Below, piece by piece: positions 61,587 through 64,000 of a stretch of DNA of 64,000 bases. Position 1 is the first letter of the stretch. Each line of letters opens with the position of its first letter. The translations under genes and the position numbers were made by a program. Origin of the DNA: Paragordius varius (taxonomy: Eukaryota; Animalia; Nematomorpha); NCBI GenBank assembly GCA_964247055.1, contig OZ176058.1, positions 4,650,001 through 4,714,000 of the forward strand. Reading direction: 5' to 3'. The notes beneath the pieces were generated by a model. It was not told the origin of the DNA. It saw nothing but the letters and a program-made list of their open reading frames with translations, and searched no databases.

Positions 61587-63522
61587 GATACCGCATTTGT
61601 TTAGCTTAACTAAATCGTATATTAAATCATTTTTTATGACTCTTACAGGTACAAACTGTTTTGTCGCCTCATGGTTTTCATCAATAATGCCATCAACCCA
61701 TTTCTGTACAGCGCTTTGTCTGTTAAATATCGCCGAGCTTTCCGTAAATTCTGTCGATTCCATTTGTTGTGTGGAGCGCAATACTTGTGGCCTTTCCCTT
61801 GGAAAAAACTTGGGCGCAAAGATGGGAGCACGTTATCAAAATCCATAACATTTCGAACAGGTAGGTGGCTGAATTCTTTAATTTTTTTTCAAACTTTACG
61901 TTATTGTATATTATATTATTTTAGAGTAAAACATTAAATTATTTACTAAAGAATGTGTTTTTAGATCTAGATCTTCGAGTAGTCTGCCCATTAACAGTAA
62001 AAAATGAATATTATACAGACAAAACCTAAAATTTAATAGGCAAATTTTTTTCGACCGCTCCTCTCTACTTTTTTTTAACTTAAAGTTCAATACAACTAAT
62101 TGACTGCAAAGTATAAAATAGAGATGTTAATTTGTAACATCGACTATATATTTAACGATTGCAATTAAATAGCTTATGTAAAAAATTTAGGGTTAAAAAC
62201 ATGTGTAACCCGTTTTTTTATTTTTTATAGTTTTGTCCTTAACAAATAAAAATGTTTTTTTAGATGTTGATTTCTCAAGGAAACGCCTTCCCTCCACATT
62301 CTTTCGCGAGGACAGCAAATTCAATAATGGTGACGAAGAAGAGATGGACAGTTTCTTAGAGTCGGAATACCTTAATTCTGTGCGACAAAACCGCAAATCT
62401 GCCAATATCTGGACAAAGAAACAAGGAGAAAAAATCGATTTAAACTCCGCCATAGGTATGGCTAGACCAAAATTAGATTCTCCCATAAAACCAATTCTGA
62501 AAAATGTTGGCCTAAAATCTAACATCATTTTGAATGTTGACGACTCAACCGGTCGTCCCTCCTTTAAGGGTGGTGGCGTTAGGAAGGGACCATTTTCCCG
62601 ACAAATCTCAAGGCTAGAATCTACATCTCATTACGACGATATTTGGAAATTACAGGAGAGGCCTTCAACTTCATCTGGGCTATTTAAAACACATAGTGCT
62701 TACCAGCTAGAAGAACCTTTAATACAATCCCACCCTTATGAAAATGTTTACAACAATACAGAACTCATCATCACAAGAAGAAGTGAACAGCCGCAAGAAA
62801 TTAAATTACATAAAAATGAAGCAGTATTAGATAGAGCACCACTGATGACAGATTTCAGGAAATTACCTGAAACGTTTATATCTTGTTTTAATAGCAAAAA
62901 TACAAACAAAAGCCAAAACAACATTCCCTCACCTATCCCAAGAAGTGGACCTTTCAAAATTAGTTTGCCTTCTTCACACAAACCTCCCAGTACAGGAGGT
63001 ATTTGGCAAAAGCGTTTTGATTTACCCAACAGCAATGTATTAAATAAGGAATCATCTAGTCAACAAGAAGAACCTGCCTTACTTTTTACTAATGACGCCA
63101 CGATCAAAGAAATTCTTATCAGCAGCAATTCTTCAGACGAAGAAGAAAAGTGGAATTATGATTTTTACTCAACAGCTGGCCCGTCTCATGAATCTGATAC
63201 CCATTGTTTAATTCAAACGCAAGAAGGAGATGACTGGCAAAATTTACCTCAAAGAAGGACTATTCAAACAAAAACCATTTCACCGTCTTTAACTAACAAA
63301 AATAATAAGCAAATAAGCAACATAAAATATTCTCCGAGCATGTCTTTTGCCGACACAGTTTGGGTCAAACGCGTCCTATTAAATGGACGCCTAAGCGTTT
63401 CACTCGAAAGTCGTCTCTAATCAACGACAATATTTATAATGAAATTTTGGTTTATAAATATTTACGACCATATAAATACTAAAAAGAAAATAAATTAAAT
63501 AAATATATATATATATATATAT

Positions 63523-63964
63523 AGTCATGTATCCTTTATTTTATCAAAAATTTATGAAAAATTTATTTTTTTCTTCGTTAATTGGGTATAAATATTTGGT
63601 AAAAAATGGAAAAAAACAAGTATTATGGTATTAACAATATCATATACATTAAGAAAGTGTAAAAATTATATTTTTATTTGTTAAAGAAAAGAGCCCAATG
63701 GATAAAGATTAAGGATTGGTTGTTAGTGTTTTTTCATTTTTTTACCAAAGATTTCCGACGCCCTTCCCCCACACTTTTACTTTTTTTAATGGAAAATATG
63801 TTATGGTTAATTCTAATAAATAAAAATATAATTCTTATACTTTTTGATGAATATGATATGGCTAATACCATGCCCTTGTTTTTTCCATTCTTTACCAAAT
63901 ATTTATACCCCCATTTAACGAAAAAAATAAATAAATTTTTAATAAAATAAAGGATAGATGACTG
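63523..63964. mobile_element. Long-TIR foldback MITE (family C) 3' of copy 4
   Basis: (C)AGTCATGTATCCTTTATTTT ... AAAATAAAGGATAGATGACTG|TA; TA-CAGT/ACTG-TA ends resemble Tc1/mariner. Confidence 0.78.
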
Positions 63965-64000
63965 TATATATATAATTTTACATTGTCATTCTTTAATTTA

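Larger units (their letters stand above)
48004..63420 (+). pseudogene. Copy 4 (B-type): 5'-truncated, disrupted TRHR-like paralogue
   Basis: Same start junction as copy 2. Exons 48004-48788, 49759-51003, 53384-53770, 54353-54544, 58225-58340, 61649-61860, 62264-63420. In-frame TAA at 50135; 1-nt deletion in TM5 near 50288. Exons 3-7 are open. Confidence 0.85.

Overview
Very AT-rich eukaryotic (probably invertebrate) genomic DNA with GT-AG introns. Almost the whole window is a head-to-tail array of four ~15 kb paralogues of one 7-exon class A GPCR gene on the + strand. Its seven TM helices closely match the thyrotropin-releasing hormone receptor (TRHR) family. Only copy 1 (3891-17016) is complete. 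By my manual splicing it encodes a giant receptor of ~1570 aa: signal-peptide-like N-terminus (~210 aa), ECL2 of ~280 aa carrying an RKRR furin-type site between two extra Cys, ICL3 of ~405 aa, and a ~430 aa C-tail ending in -ESRL. Copy 3 keeps an open 7TM frame (~1330 aa) but has lost the N-terminal 146 codons at a MITE end and the C-terminal motif through a frameshift. Copies 2 and 4 begin mid-TM1 at an identical junction inside a foldback MITE and carry stops/frameshifts in exons 1-2, yet their TM exons differ almost only at synonymous sites. Shared indels and junctions give an A-B-A-B higher-order unit of ~30.7 kb, with local mosaicism. Introns are filled with TA-flanked MITEs (several CAG(T)...CTG families), an antisense Ty3/Gypsy RNaseH-integrase fossil in intron 5 of every copy, and copy-specific insertions including a 633 bp hAT-type element. 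Exon boundaries, counts and alignments were done by eye. No database search was possible and the organism cannot be determined from the sequence.
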